A stretch of 32,000 nucleotides of DNA from Candidatus Saccharimonas aalborgensis (GCF_000392435.1 NC_021219.1:390001-422000), one strand, 5' to 3'. Counted from the stretch's first letter, positions 8,131 to 17,898 are shown. A program made the numbers and translations. Notes: a model not told the origin generated them from the sequence alone.

Positions 8131-9915
8131 CTACAAACCGAGTTCTTTGAGCTGCACTGAGTCAACGGCCGAGGGGCTATTCATCATGACATCGACGCCA
8201 CTCCCATTCTTTGGAAATGCGACAACTTCACGGATATTATCTTCACCAATCAATACCATGAAGATACGATCAAGGCCGAAGGCACAGCCAGCGTGTGGCG
8301 GTGCACCAAATTTGAATGCGTTTAACATCGCGCCAAACTTTTCTTCCACATATTCGGGTGAGAAATCAAGCAGGCCGAAAACTTTGTACAGCACGTCTGG
8401 GTTGTGGTTACGCACGCCACCGCTACAAATCTCGTAGCCGTTCATCACCATGTCGTACTGGTCGGCCACAATGTCGAGCTTGTTTTCGGTGTGTTCGAGT
8501 GCGTCCATGCCGCCCTTTGGCATACTAAATGGATTGTGGCCAAAGTCCATTTTGCCCGTTTTGGCATCGAGTTCGTAGAACGGAAAATCAACTATCCAGG
8601 CAAGTGCTACGATGCTCGGGTCTTTCAGGTTGAAATGGGCCGCAAATTCACTGCGCAGTTTACCGAGCACGGTATTCACCACGCTTCGTTTGTCGGCGCC
8701 GAAGAAAATTGCATCGCCGTCTTCAACGTCCATTTTCTCGACGATTGCGTTAAGCTCATCCTGGTTCATGTGCTTCACAATTGGCGAAAATGCAGTAATT
8801 GCTTTGCCATATTTGCGACACACGGCACCTTCTGCGGTCCCATCACTCCCAAAGCGAACGTATGCTAGGCCGCCAGCGCCCTCGCCCTTGGCAGTTTCCG
8901 TGAAGCTATCGATCTGCGAGCGACTAAGGCTCGCGCCGTTTTTGACACAAATCGCTTTGACACACTCGGCACTACGGAACACACCAAATTCGGTGTTGAC
9001 AAATACGTCAGTCAACTCGACTAATTTCATGTCGAAACGCAGGTCTGGCTTGTCACTACCATAGGTTTCCATGGCTTCCGCATACGGAATACGCGGCACA
9101 TCATCACCGAACTTGAGTGACAATCCGGCGAAGTCTGTGACAAGCGTTTTGATGAGTGGCTCGACGGTACTGCGCACTTCTTCGCCGTCTTCGACAAAAC
9201 TCATCTCAAGATCAAGCTGGTAAAAGTCGCCATACAGCCTGTCGGCCCGCGGGTCTTCATCGCGGAAACACGTAGCGATTTGATAGTAGCGCGGTACACC
9301 GCCAACCATCAGTAGCTGCTTGAACTGCTGTGGCGCCTGAGGCAAAGCATAGAACTTGCCTTCGTGCACACGACTTGGTACCAAAAAGTCGCGCGCGCCT
9401 TCGGGGCTGCTGTTGGCAAGAATTGGCGTGGTAACTTCAGTAAAATCACGTGCTTCCATGTAGTCACGAATGACTTTGTAGTAGCGAGCGCGTTTTTTTA
9501 GGTTCTCCTGCATTTTCGGACGACGTAGGTCAAGGTAACGGTATTTAAGTCGTAAGTCTTCGCCAGCCTGGGCTTCAGCGAATGGCTGAATGGGTAAGGC
9601 TTGAGAACGATTCAATATAGTAAGTGTCGCGACGTATAACTCAACCTCGCCAGTCGGGATTTTTTCGTTCTTTAGTTCAGCCGTGCGTTCTTTCAACTCA
9701 CCTTGGGCTTTGATGACAAACTCATCTCGTAACTCCTCGGCGACAGCAAAAGCATCTGTATTCTCAGGATTGATGACTAATTGTAAGATGCCGCTATGAT
9801 CACGAACGTCGACAAAAATTAGTCCACCGTGGTCGCGACGGGCATGTACCCAACCGGAGACTGAGAGAGTTTTACCAATACAGTGCGGGGCTTCTTGGAC
9901 GAGTGTTCGTTGCAT
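8131..9915 (-). CDS. aspS: aspartate--tRNA ligase (bacterial type, with insertion domain)
   Basis: 594 aa. Class II motifs FRDEDPRADR, FYQLDLEMSF and GGVRNH, with a GLDR-containing C-terminus. Confidence 0.97.
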   Translation of the reverse strand: MQRTLVQEAPHCIGKTLSVSGWVHARRDHGGLIFVDVRDHSGILQLVINPENTDAFAVAEELRDEFVIKAQGELKERTAELKNEKIPTGEVELYVATLTILNRSQALPIQPFAEAQAGEDLRLKYRYLDLRRPKMQENLKKRARYYKVIRDYMEARDFTEVTTPILANSSPEGARDFLVPSRVHEGKFYALPQAPQQFKQLLMVGGVPRYYQIATCFRDEDPRADRLYGDFYQLDLEMSFVEDGEEVRSTVEPLIKTLVTDFAGLSLKFGDDVPRIPYAEAMETYGSDKPDLRFDMKLVELTDVFVNTEFGVFRSAECVKAICVKNGASLSRSQIDSFTETAKGEGAGGLAYVRFGSDGTAEGAVCRKYGKAITAFSPIVKHMNQDELNAIVEKMDVEDGDAIFFGADKRSVVNTVLGKLRSEFAAHFNLKDPSIVALAWIVDFPFYELDAKTGKMDFGHNPFSMPKGGMDALEHTENKLDIVADQYDMVMNGYEICSGGVRNHNPDVLYKVFGLLDFSPEYVEEKFGAMLNAFKFGAPPHAGCAFGLDRIFMVLIGEDNIREVVAFPKNGSGVDVMMNSPSAVDSVQLKELGL

Positions 9916-9953
9916 ATCCTTGGTATTCTACCACTGTTAGCGTATTTCGTCCA

Positions 9954-10967
9954 CTACACGTTCGTGGCGTGAGGTGGGTTATTGTTTGAACCCGCGCTAC
10001 GTTCGGCGACCACCCGCAAGTCATCATGCCGATCAAATTCGTCGACAATTTTGCGACCGATCAATGCTTCAATCACATCTTCGAGCGTCAGTATACCAGC
10101 AGTTTCGCGGTAGCCATTCACGACGATGAAAAGATGTCTACGTGTTTTTATAAACGCAGCGAGAGCATGCTTGAGAGTCTGATCCTGGTTGATATAAAAT
10201 ACGTGGTTATCCATAAGCTGCGAGGCCTTCTTTGAGTCCTTGCTATGGAGTGTTAGTAGATCTTGTATATGGAGAACGCCGATGACATGATCGATATCCA
10301 CATCGGTAACAGGGAACCGACTATGTCCGGTCTTGTGAAGTTCGCTCAGCACGAGCGGTCCAATGATTTCACTCCCCTTTATGCTCTCAATCACTCCGCG
10401 CGGCGTCATCACTTCCTCCACCTTTTTGTCTTCAAAGTGGAGACTTGTCACAATCAATTTCTTTTCATCTTCGCTCAGTATACCTACTGACGAAGTCACC
10501 AGATGCTCTATTTCCTCACGCGAGCTTGGAACACCTGGTGGGGTATCATCAGTGACCGATCGTATCATGCGTCCGACATTTGGATTATGCTCTACGAAGC
10601 GTAAGAATCGCGGTTCAAGCTGCTCATAGAGACGATTCGCGATATCGTGTACCTGATCGATACGACTAATGCGTCCGTAGCTTAGTGCAATGAATGTGCC
10701 AAATAGCACACCGAATAACAGGTCGAATGCCATTGTCCCGATAACAACGACAAGAACAAGTGTAACCGCCTCCATTACTCGCTTGAGCGCTACTACGTCC
10801 TCAAGTAATACCTCTCTGTGGAGCTCCTCGCCGGCACTTGTATTGCCTGCAGCTTTTCGCCGCTGAAGTTCATATGAAGAAAGCATGCTGCGCCGAGGTA
10901 ATGCCGCCGCTACTAAAATGAGGAAGGCGGTTACAATCAACAATATGATGATAAAAAACGTCTGCAT
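9954..10967 (-). CDS. DUF21 (CNNM) plus CBS-pair membrane protein (CorC/HlyC-like, lacking the C-terminal CorC_HlyC domain)
   Basis: N-terminal TM region followed by VEEVMTPR...IGVLHIQDLL...GILTLEDVIEALIG, typical of a CBS pair. TACAAT lies 7 nt upstream of the ATG. Confidence 0.8.
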   Translation of the reverse strand: MQTFFIIILLIVTAFLILVAAALPRRSMLSSYELQRRKAAGNTSAGEELHREVLLEDVVALKRVMEAVTLVLVVVIGTMAFDLLFGVLFGTFIALSYGRISRIDQVHDIANRLYEQLEPRFLRFVEHNPNVGRMIRSVTDDTPPGVPSSREEIEHLVTSSVGILSEDEKKLIVTSLHFEDKKVEEVMTPRGVIESIKGSEIIGPLVLSELHKTGHSRFPVTDVDIDHVIGVLHIQDLLTLHSKDSKKASQLMDNHVFYINQDQTLKHALAAFIKTRRHLFIVVNGYRETAGILTLEDVIEALIGRKIVDEFDRHDDLRVVAERSAGSNNNPPHATNV

Positions 10968-11056
10968 AATTAGTATTGTATCGTACTGAGGCTTGCTTCG
11001 CTACGAGACTCAGCGCTATACTAAGAAAGATAAGAGCATAAGGAGTTTTTCTGATT

Positions 11057-11803
11057 ATGACGACAAAAAGCTGGATCATATTTTCTGTTCTGTGCATAGC
11101 AATCTTGGGGGGACTTATCTGGGTATCACGAGGCGACCGTATCGATGTCACTGATATCGATCCGACGGTAGTCCAAATTGCATCAAACAAAAATGGTCAA
11201 ATCGCCGACCATACCTATGGAAATATGAATAGCAAAGTGGTGCTGATTGAGTATGGCGACTACCAGTGTCCGGGCTGCGGGTCAGCTGCACCTGTCATAA
11301 AAAAAGTCGTTGATAAATATAAAGACAAGATTGGATTTGTATTCCGGAACTTCCCCCTGTACGAAAAACACCCTAATGCCTTTGCTGCGTCAGCCACTGC
11401 CGAGGCGGCAGGACTCCAGGGAAAATATTGGGAAATGCACGAAAAGCTCTATGCAAACCAAGACGCTTGGAGTCAGCTTTCGGGGGTAGATCGTACTAAT
11501 TATTTCGCATCCCTTGCTGATCAGATCGGCCTCAAAGGCAGTGATCTTACATCGCGTCTTGACGATGCTTCGATCAAGAAGAAGATCGACTTCGATACAG
11601 CACTTGGCAAAAAAGCGGGGATTACTGGCACCCCCTCGTTTTATCTCAATGGAAAAGAAGTTGGCAATCAGGATGTCAAAGATGGTAAGCTGATCCCTTC
11701 TGATAATGACACCACGACACCTCCGGTTTGGAGCGATGAAACCGCCTTTGAGACGCTCGTACTCAACCCCGTTCTCCAGCAAAATGGTGTCTCACTCCCG
11801 TAA
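11057..11803 (+). CDS. membrane-anchored DsbA-family thiol:disulfide oxidoreductase
   Basis: N-terminal TM and the CxxC active site in YGDYQCPGCG. AAGGAG at 11040-11045. Candidate promoter TTGCTT(10993)-18-TATACT(11017). Confidence 0.8.
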   Translation: MTTKSWIIFSVLCIAILGGLIWVSRGDRIDVTDIDPTVVQIASNKNGQIADHTYGNMNSKVVLIEYGDYQCPGCGSAAPVIKKVVDKYKDKIGFVFRNFPLYEKHPNAFAASATAEAAGLQGKYWEMHEKLYANQDAWSQLSGVDRTNYFASLADQIGLKGSDLTSRLDDASIKKKIDFDTALGKKAGITGTPSFYLNGKEVGNQDVKDGKLIPSDNDTTTPPVWSDETAFETLVLNPVLQQNGVSLP

Positions 11804-11820
11804 TTAACTGTACAAAAACA

Positions 11821-11852
11821 AAAAAACACCCCGGTGCCTTGGGGTGTTTTTT
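11821..11852. terminator. bidirectional rho-independent terminator
   Basis: AAAAAACACCCC / loop ggtgcctt / GGGGTGTTTTTT. A GC-rich stem flanked by an A-run and a T-run, so it could terminate both the + dsbA-like gene and - strand transcription from the MFS operon. Confidence 0.75.
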
Positions 11853-11873
11853 ATTTGTTAGCGTACACGCTAT

Positions 11874-11966
11874 TTATTGTGCGATATACAGCTGCCACTT
11901 GGCAGGCACCACATCCACCGCGATCTTTTTGCCCCGACTGGGTGCAAATTCGATTGCTATTGGCAT
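11874..11966 (-). CDS. candidate 30-aa small ORF (MPIAIEFAPSRGKKIAVDVVPAKWQLYIAQ)
   Basis: ATG preceded by AGGAG 10 nt upstream, with an in-frame stop 7 codons upstream. It ends just before the bidirectional terminator. No homology recognised. Confidence 0.2.
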   Translation of the reverse strand: MPIAIEFAPSRGKKIAVDVVPAKWQLYIAQ

Positions 11967-12144
11967 GTGTTTTTTACTCCTTGTACTCTACCGTACAAAT
12001 CTCGTCACCTCGTTTAACGAAAGCACATTCGACCTTTACAATTACTGTTATTTGTTTCAGGTGCTTTTTTGAGGTGCTTGACCATCGTAACAACCTGCCT
12101 GCTCGGAGGCAAGCATGGCCGTTTTCAAAAAACCACCCACCTCT

Positions 12145-13827
12145 TTAGTCTGCTGGTGTAGCTTTTACATCGCCACGTAGCTGGCGCTCACGGACAAAGG
12201 AAACGAGGATGAGACCAAGTGCCATAAGTGCAGCGCTAACCATAAAGATTCGGTGGAGAGATGAGGTAAATGCATCGATAATGGTTCGACTGAAATCATC
12301 TTGTTGTTCAATAAATTGCTGTGAAGCTTTTGCACGAACCTCGGGCATCGGAATTTTTTGGAATCCCTGTTCTGCGCCATCACGAATTGTTTGCTTCTGT
12401 GTATTGAGCTGGAGGAGTGTATCAGCGGTGATGTCGTCCTGCAAAAACGTTGATGCGGCAGGCGATTTTTTGAGTGTCTGTATATAGGCCAGGTCATCCG
12501 GATGACCTACTGCTGATATGATACCGGCCGTCAAAATGCCGCTCATAAACGCCGTACCGACTGTCGAGCCGAGCCCACGAAACAACTGGACACTCGAGGT
12601 CGCGGCACCTAAATCTTTTTGTTCAAATTCATTTTGGACAGCAAGATTTAATATCGGCATGGCCATACCCATACCAATCCCAATAAACACCATACTCACT
12701 GCCTCGTGCCAATAGGGACTGTCGGGCTGAAGCGTTACAAGCGATAGAATACTAAGCGTTGCGATAACAAAACCAGCTACAATGAAAGCTTTGTAACGAC
12801 CAGTACGTGAAACTATTTGGCCGATAGCGATTGACGCCACCATTAGACCCCCCACCATAGGGAGCAGCATAAGTCCTGATTGCGATGGAGTGGCAGCAAA
12901 AACCTGTTGATTAAACTGGGTCAAATATAGTATGGCTCCAAGGAACGCCGCTCCAAATAGTAGAATGACGCTGCTCATCAGGGCGTAGGTACGATTCTTG
13001 AAAAATCGCAGCGGTAATATTGGTTCTTTTGCTCGCCGCTCAGTGGCAATAAATAGAGCTGCGAAGACGACAGCGGTTAACCAGAGTACCGTTTTTACGA
13101 CCCCTACAGTTAGTATGTCATTGATAATATTTGCAAATACCATCTCTGTGTTATCGACCGCTAGAACGATTGATGCTAGGGCGACCGATATGAAAGCTGC
13201 GCCAAGATAATCGGGACGATGCCTACTGCCAGAGCGAATCGTCGGCAGGTGAGTGGCAATCATATAGAGCGCAACGATACCTACTGGTACGTTTATCCAA
13301 AAAGTCCAACGCCAGTCCGTTACTGCGCCGAAGATGTGCTGACCGTCAGTCAGCCAACCACCAAGAAGCGGCCCAATTACACTACTCATACCAAAGACTG
13401 CACCGATCATACCCTGCCACTTGCCTCTTTCTCGCGGCTTAAACAAGTCTCCGATAATGGTAAAGGCATTGGCGGTGATGATGCCACCACCAATTCCCTG
13501 CAAGGCACGCCAGGCAATCAACCATCCCATAGAGGGAGAGAAGCCAGCAAGCAGCGAGCCCACCGTAAACACTGAGGCGCCTATCAAAAGCATAATACGA
13601 CGCCCGTACATATCAGATAACTTACCAGCGATCGGCACGGTCATAGTGGTCGTCAACATATAGGCGGTAACTACAAACCCAAGGCTCGAGAAACTATCAA
13701 ACTCTTTAACAATTGCACCAAGTGCTGTTGCAACGATCGTCTGATCAAGTGCTACAAGCAACAGTGAGCTCATAACAGCGATCATGACGATTATTTTATC
13801 CCGGGTTGTGAAATGCTGCATCGACAT
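12145..13827 (-). CDS. MFS transporter, DHA2 (EmrB/QacA-like, 14-TM) drug:H+ antiporter family
   Basis: 560 aa. Motif GKLSDMYGRR (MFS motif A), about 14 TM segments, and a long soluble insert before the last TM. Confidence 0.9.
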   Translation of the reverse strand: MSMQHFTTRDKIIVMIAVMSSLLLVALDQTIVATALGAIVKEFDSFSSLGFVVTAYMLTTTMTVPIAGKLSDMYGRRIMLLIGASVFTVGSLLAGFSPSMGWLIAWRALQGIGGGIITANAFTIIGDLFKPRERGKWQGMIGAVFGMSSVIGPLLGGWLTDGQHIFGAVTDWRWTFWINVPVGIVALYMIATHLPTIRSGSRHRPDYLGAAFISVALASIVLAVDNTEMVFANIINDILTVGVVKTVLWLTAVVFAALFIATERRAKEPILPLRFFKNRTYALMSSVILLFGAAFLGAILYLTQFNQQVFAATPSQSGLMLLPMVGGLMVASIAIGQIVSRTGRYKAFIVAGFVIATLSILSLVTLQPDSPYWHEAVSMVFIGIGMGMAMPILNLAVQNEFEQKDLGAATSSVQLFRGLGSTVGTAFMSGILTAGIISAVGHPDDLAYIQTLKKSPAASTFLQDDITADTLLQLNTQKQTIRDGAEQGFQKIPMPEVRAKASQQFIEQQDDFSRTIIDAFTSSLHRIFMVSAALMALGLILVSFVRERQLRGDVKATPAD

Positions 13828-13832
13828 ACTGA

Positions 13833-14075
13833 CTACTTTTTGACTCCTCGTTTTGCTTTGAATTCTGTGAACTGTTCACCCATCTCAATGACATATTGTT
13901 GTGCTTGCTGCTCGGTGACAAATGCAACCGACTTCTTTTCTTCGAGGTAGAGCGCGATCAACTTATCGCCCGGCACAATTGCCATGCTCTCTCGAACATC
14001 AGAAGGAATAACGACCTGTCCTTTGGGACCAACGGTAACTACGCCTGCAAGATGGATACGTTTGTGATATGACAT
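13833..14075 (-). CDS. AbrB/MazE/SpoVT-type DNA-binding protein
   Basis: VVTVGPKGQVVIPSDVRESMAIVPGDKL matches the SpoVT-AbrB swapped-hairpin motif. 80 aa, 5 nt upstream of the MFS gene. Confidence 0.7.
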   Translation of the reverse strand: MSYHKRIHLAGVVTVGPKGQVVIPSDVRESMAIVPGDKLIALYLEEKKSVAFVTEQQAQQYVIEMGEQFTEFKAKRGVKK

Positions 14076-14096
14076 GTATTATATGTTATACAAGTA

Positions 14097-14858
14097 TTAC
14101 TTACGAATCAAGGGTTTCTGGTATTGCTCAAGCCGTCGCGAGAACGCACGGCCGACCGACGAATAGAACAAAAGACTTAGTAGTGTTACCCAGCCAAGCG
14201 CCACGAGCCACCCAGCGATGATATCGGTAGGATAATGAACACCGAGATATAGCCGTGAGTAACTCACAAAAAGGCTATAGATGCCCATCACACTAACTGC
14301 CCACCATCGCCACCGCGAGTCCCACAGTGCTACGCAGACTGCAAGTGAGAGTGCGACGGCAACTGTTGCATGAGCACTCGGAAACGAATGGCCTGTTTCA
14401 TGGACAAGCTGCATCCAGAGGTCAGGCCGGTCACGCATGAAGATGCTCTTGAATACAATATCGAGTACCAGCGCACCACTGACATTAAACAATATGATGC
14501 ATGCCCGCCTATACTCATTTTTGTAGACAAATAATCCTGCAGTTACGAGAGCCAGGACACAGACAATGAGTGGCGCACCAATGTCGGTCAATATCGGCAT
14601 GCCGACGTCTAAGAAGTGGTTCGCGCCGCTATGAATACTCGTCAGCACCTGCCGGTCCCACACCAGCGTCTCTTTCTCCTGAACCTCACGTGCTACCTTA
14701 GCAAAAAGTACTGCTGCTGCTACAAAAAGGGAGAGTAAGATAACAAACCATGATGAAAAACGAAATTGGATGTCATGCTGCTTGATATACTGGACTATCG
14801 TACGCTTCTTTGGATGTTGTCTTGCTGCTTGCTTCATCTTTTTTAGTATATCGCGCAA
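14097..14858 (-). CDS. PAP2-family lipid phosphatase (undecaprenyl-diphosphate / phosphatidate phosphatase-like)
   Basis: All three PAP2 motifs: KSIFMRDRP, SFPSAHA, SRLYLGVHYPTD. The ORF opens at TTG 14858. ATG 14837 is more likely, lying 7 nt after TATACT (complement of 14845-14850). Confidence 0.9.
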   Translation of the reverse strand: MRDILKKMKQAARQHPKKRTIVQYIKQHDIQFRFSSWFVILLSLFVAAAVLFAKVAREVQEKETLVWDRQVLTSIHSGANHFLDVGMPILTDIGAPLIVCVLALVTAGLFVYKNEYRRACIILFNVSGALVLDIVFKSIFMRDRPDLWMQLVHETGHSFPSAHATVAVALSLAVCVALWDSRWRWWAVSVMGIYSLFVSYSRLYLGVHYPTDIIAGWLVALGWVTLLSLLFYSSVGRAFSRRLEQYQKPLIRK

Positions 14859-14888
14859 CTAGTTGGTTTGCTATACTAGGACTACCCT

Positions 14889-15923
14889 ATGCATCGATCA
14901 CACCCTTTAAGAATATTCGCTTTTTCGGCTATCGCCTCACTTGCATTGGCATGGTTCGTCGGAGCGCGCCTTGGGTCTGAAGCACTGTGGCTTTTTGCTA
15001 TTCTCGTCATCCTCGAGGTTACCTTCAGCTTCGATAACGCTGTCATTAACAGCAAAATACTTGAGCGGATGTCGCCCTATTGGCAACAACTTTTTTTGAC
15101 GGTTGGTATCTTTTTTGCCGTATTTATCGTGCGATTTGTCCTTCCTATCATCATTGTGATGCTCTCGGCAGGACTCAGCTTTATGAGCGTCTACGACTTA
15201 GCGATCAATCATCCCGAAGAATACGCTCATACGCTTCACCAAGCAGCCCCAATGATCAACGCTTTCGGTGGAACATTTCTGATGATGATTGGAGTAAATT
15301 ATTTCCTTGACCGAAAAAAAGATGTGCACTGGCTGGGCCGAATCGAACAGTGGCTATCGCGCTTTGGGCAGTACGAGACATTCAAGGTTCTCATCATGCT
15401 CAGTACGGCTCTTGGTCTCTATTACACGGTAGACCAGCGCTACCAAACAACGGTTCTGGTTGCGTCTATTGTCGGCACGATGTTACATATCGCCCTTGAT
15501 CTTTTTGGACGCTATTTCTCACATAAACAATCAGGCACGACCAAGCTAGTGGGTATGGCGGCCTTTGCTTCGTTCGTATACCTCAATGTTCTCGATGCTT
15601 CATTTTCGCTGGACGGAGTTATCGGTGCTTTTGCTATTACAAATGATGTGCTCTTGATCATGGCTGGATTAGGCGCGGGAGCTCTGTGGGTGCGTTCTCT
15701 CACAATCTACTTAGTGCGTGCTAAAGCTCTCGGCAAGTACCAATACCTCGAACATGGGGCACACTGGGCTATTCTGGCACTTGGTATCATAATGTTCGTC
15801 AAACTTTATCATATCGAACCCCCCGAATGGTTGACAGGCTCAATCGGACTTATCTTTATCGGAACTGCTGTATTCTCAAGCATCATGGAGCGAAGACGAG
15901 AAAGCACTTCTTGCTTGGCATAA
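14889..15923 (+). CDS. TerC-superfamily / DUF475-like integral membrane protein
   Basis: 344 aa, multi-TM, with LEVTFSFDNAVINSKILERM resembling the TerC/DUF475 SxDNA signature. TATACT at 14872-14877. Confidence 0.7.
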   Translation: MHRSHPLRIFAFSAIASLALAWFVGARLGSEALWLFAILVILEVTFSFDNAVINSKILERMSPYWQQLFLTVGIFFAVFIVRFVLPIIIVMLSAGLSFMSVYDLAINHPEEYAHTLHQAAPMINAFGGTFLMMIGVNYFLDRKKDVHWLGRIEQWLSRFGQYETFKVLIMLSTALGLYYTVDQRYQTTVLVASIVGTMLHIALDLFGRYFSHKQSGTTKLVGMAAFASFVYLNVLDASFSLDGVIGAFAITNDVLLIMAGLGAGALWVRSLTIYLVRAKALGKYQYLEHGAHWAILALGIIMFVKLYHIEPPEWLTGSIGLIFIGTAVFSSIMERRRESTSCLA

Positions 15924-15959
15924 CTAGTAAAAACTAGAAACAATATGTCAATCGTATAG

Positions 15960-16943
15960 CTATGCCTTGAGAAGTGCCAGGGTGACATGAAAGGCAGATC
16001 CCTTGCCTACCTCACTTGTCACCGATAGCTTGCCACCATGAGCTTGAACTAATTTCTTTGCAATTGATAACCCCAACCCATATCCAGTTGTTTGACTTCG
16101 AGACTCATCAGCCCGATAAAATCGTGTAAACAGGTGGCGCTGTGTCTCGGCGCTCATGCCCATCCCCTCATCCCGTACCGTGATTGTAAGATTTCTACCA
16201 CGCTGCGTGCTGGTGAGCCACACAGTTGAGGCGTTGGGGCTGTACTTTATGGCATTATCAAGAAAGATAGTCAGTAATTGCACCAATGCTTGGTGATTGC
16301 CCCGAACTATTACTTGCGGTATCTCATTAATAATAGCGATACCTTTCTCAAGCGCTTGGTTAACAACAGTCGTTACAGCATCGTCTACCGCCCGAACAAG
16401 CTCAACGTGATGTCTGTATTGATCAGCATCTTCTTCCTTCAGTAAGCCAAGCATTGAGTTTGTAAGGTGCTGAAGTCGCACCACGTCCTCGATATTTTCA
16501 GCTATCACTTTTTTTGCTTCCTTGAGCGTAAGTTTGGGATTTCTGAGAGCAACTTCATTTGCTGTTGCTAGCGCTGTCAGCGGTGTACGAAGCTCATGGC
16601 TGGCATCGCTGACAAAGCGTAGCTGCGCCTCCATATTGTCTTCAATCGGCCTGAGAGAACGTTCGGCAAGCAAGTAACTCAGCAGCCCGCCGATAATGAA
16701 CGTTATCACATTGATGCTCAGTAGTTGCGCACTGAGTGATTGACGAGCACTTGCAGTTCGCTCGTCAAAAAACGCTTCTATATCTCCATCTCTTTCGGGC
16801 AGAGGAGCCGCTGAGCGCGGACGACGATCAAACTCATGAAGTGACGTCGTATAAAAAACAATACTAAAGCCGACACTCATCACCATAATGATGGTCAGAT
16901 AGGTCGCAGCAAGGCGCACTACATCTTTTTTTAAGTGCTTCAT
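15960..16943 (-). CDS. sensor histidine kinase (HisKA + HATPase_c) with a short extracytoplasmic loop
   Basis: H-box SHELRTPL, N box LDNAIKYS, G1 DEGMGM, G2 GYGLGLSI. Two TM segments flank a loop of about 40 aa. ATGA overlap with the response regulator gene. Confidence 0.9.
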   Translation of the reverse strand: MKHLKKDVVRLAATYLTIIMVMSVGFSIVFYTTSLHEFDRRPRSAAPLPERDGDIEAFFDERTASARQSLSAQLLSINVITFIIGGLLSYLLAERSLRPIEDNMEAQLRFVSDASHELRTPLTALATANEVALRNPKLTLKEAKKVIAENIEDVVRLQHLTNSMLGLLKEEDADQYRHHVELVRAVDDAVTTVVNQALEKGIAIINEIPQVIVRGNHQALVQLLTIFLDNAIKYSPNASTVWLTSTQRGRNLTITVRDEGMGMSAETQRHLFTRFYRADESRSQTTGYGLGLSIAKKLVQAHGGKLSVTSEVGKGSAFHVTLALLKA

Positions 16944-17620
16944 CTCGGGTCCTTAATGATGTATCCAAAGCCCCTTACCGTATGGATGAGAGCGGGTGAT
17001 GGGAGAAATGGTCGATCAATCTTCGCGCGTAAGTAGTTGATAAATACTTCTACATTGTTGGGGAGTATGGTGGAATCAAAGTCCCACACATGTGTCATGA
17101 TTGATTGTTTACTGACAATTCGGTTTTTGTTTCTCATCAGGTACTCGAGAATTGCGAACTCTTTTGCCGACAGACTAAGTGGTTGTTTTGTCCGAGACAC
17201 CGTACGATTAACGCTATCGAGAAGGAGATCATCTACCTCGAGAATATTGGCAATTGCCTCCTGTGGACGGCGTAGCAGGGCCCGGATGCGAGCGGTGAGA
17301 ACATCAAACGAAAACGGCTTGGCAAGATAATCATCGGCACCACTATCGAGACCCTTGACGATATCCCTGCCTTGGTCCTTAGCGGTGAGCATAATAATTG
17401 GTGTTTTACAGCCGTCGCTTCGTAACTTTTGCGTCACTTCATAACCATTCATTTCAGGCATCATGACATCGAGGATGATAACGTCGTAGTCATCGGCGCG
17501 GGCGGCATTGTAGCCATCCTCGCCGTCAAAGGCGAGGTCAACCGCGTAACCATCTTGTTCAAGCCCCTGCTTGATGGCTCTGGCGATACGCATTTCGTCG
17601 TCGACGACAAGAATCTTCAT
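16940..17620 (-). CDS. OmpR/PhoB-family response regulator
   Basis: MKILVVDDE, ILDVMMP and LTAK receiver motifs, plus a winged-helix C-terminus (VRGFGYII). I trimmed the start to ATG 17620; the ORF-track extension to 17710 overlaps the upstream gene. Confidence 0.92.
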   Translation of the reverse strand: MKILVVDDEMRIARAIKQGLEQDGYAVDLAFDGEDGYNAARADDYDVIILDVMMPEMNGYEVTQKLRSDGCKTPIIMLTAKDQGRDIVKGLDSGADDYLAKPFSFDVLTARIRALLRRPQEAIANILEVDDLLLDSVNRTVSRTKQPLSLSAKEFAILEYLMRNKNRIVSKQSIMTHVWDFDSTILPNNVEVFINYLRAKIDRPFLPSPALIHTVRGFGYIIKDPR

Positions 17621-17628
17621 AGACTCTA

Positions 17629-17898
17629 TTATACCGCCCGTACCATAGACTGCATCTCCGGCCATAGATAATGAACGAGTCGAGTTCCTCTCACGCTTGT
17701 CTTTACCCACCAGCTACCATAGGAGTTCTGGATAGTAATGAGTCCTTTTCGTTTGAGATGAGACAGGAGAAGCGCGACCCGTTGACGACTCATGCGAAGG
17801 GACTGCGCCAACCCCATTACGTCATCTTCGCCATTTTCGCTGATTTGTTGCAGTATGATTGCTTCGTCGTTTGAGAGAGTTATCGTGCTCTTTTTCAT
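17629..17898 (-). CDS. small winged-helix (MarR/ArsR-like) protein, first gene of the two-component operon
   Basis: 89 aa. LAQSLRMSRQRVALLLSHLKRKGLI is HTH-like. A strong SD (AAGGAG) lies 6 nt upstream of the ATG. The stop is 8 nt before the response regulator start. Confidence 0.55.
   Translation of the reverse strand: MKKSTITLSNDEAIILQQISENGEDDVMGLAQSLRMSRQRVALLLSHLKRKGLITIQNSYGSWWVKTSVRGTRLVHYLWPEMQSMVRAV

Noticed and set aside
8066-9064. Several + strand ORFs antisense to aspS. Similar antisense ORFs lie inside the antiporter, MFS, PspC-domain and ATPase genes.
   Set aside because: They lie entirely within strongly supported genes on the other strand and have low-complexity or biased compositions. 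These are typical shadow ORFs.
11834-12148. Two overlapping + strand ORFs (104 and 77 aa) in the dsbA-MFS gap
   Set aside because: They start within or next to the terminator hairpin and have no SD or promoter. They are Cys/Phe/Leu-rich with no recognisable domain. I treat them as chance ORFs in a non-coding region.
15924-15937. CTAGT-aaaa-ACTAG hairpin between the convergent DUF475-like and kinase genes
   Set aside because: A 5-bp AT-rich stem with no adjacent T-run is not convincing as a terminator.
17621-17710. N-terminal extension of the response-regulator ORF
   Set aside because: It overlaps the upstream wHTH gene. Receiver domains start at the MKILVVDDE motif (ATG 17620).
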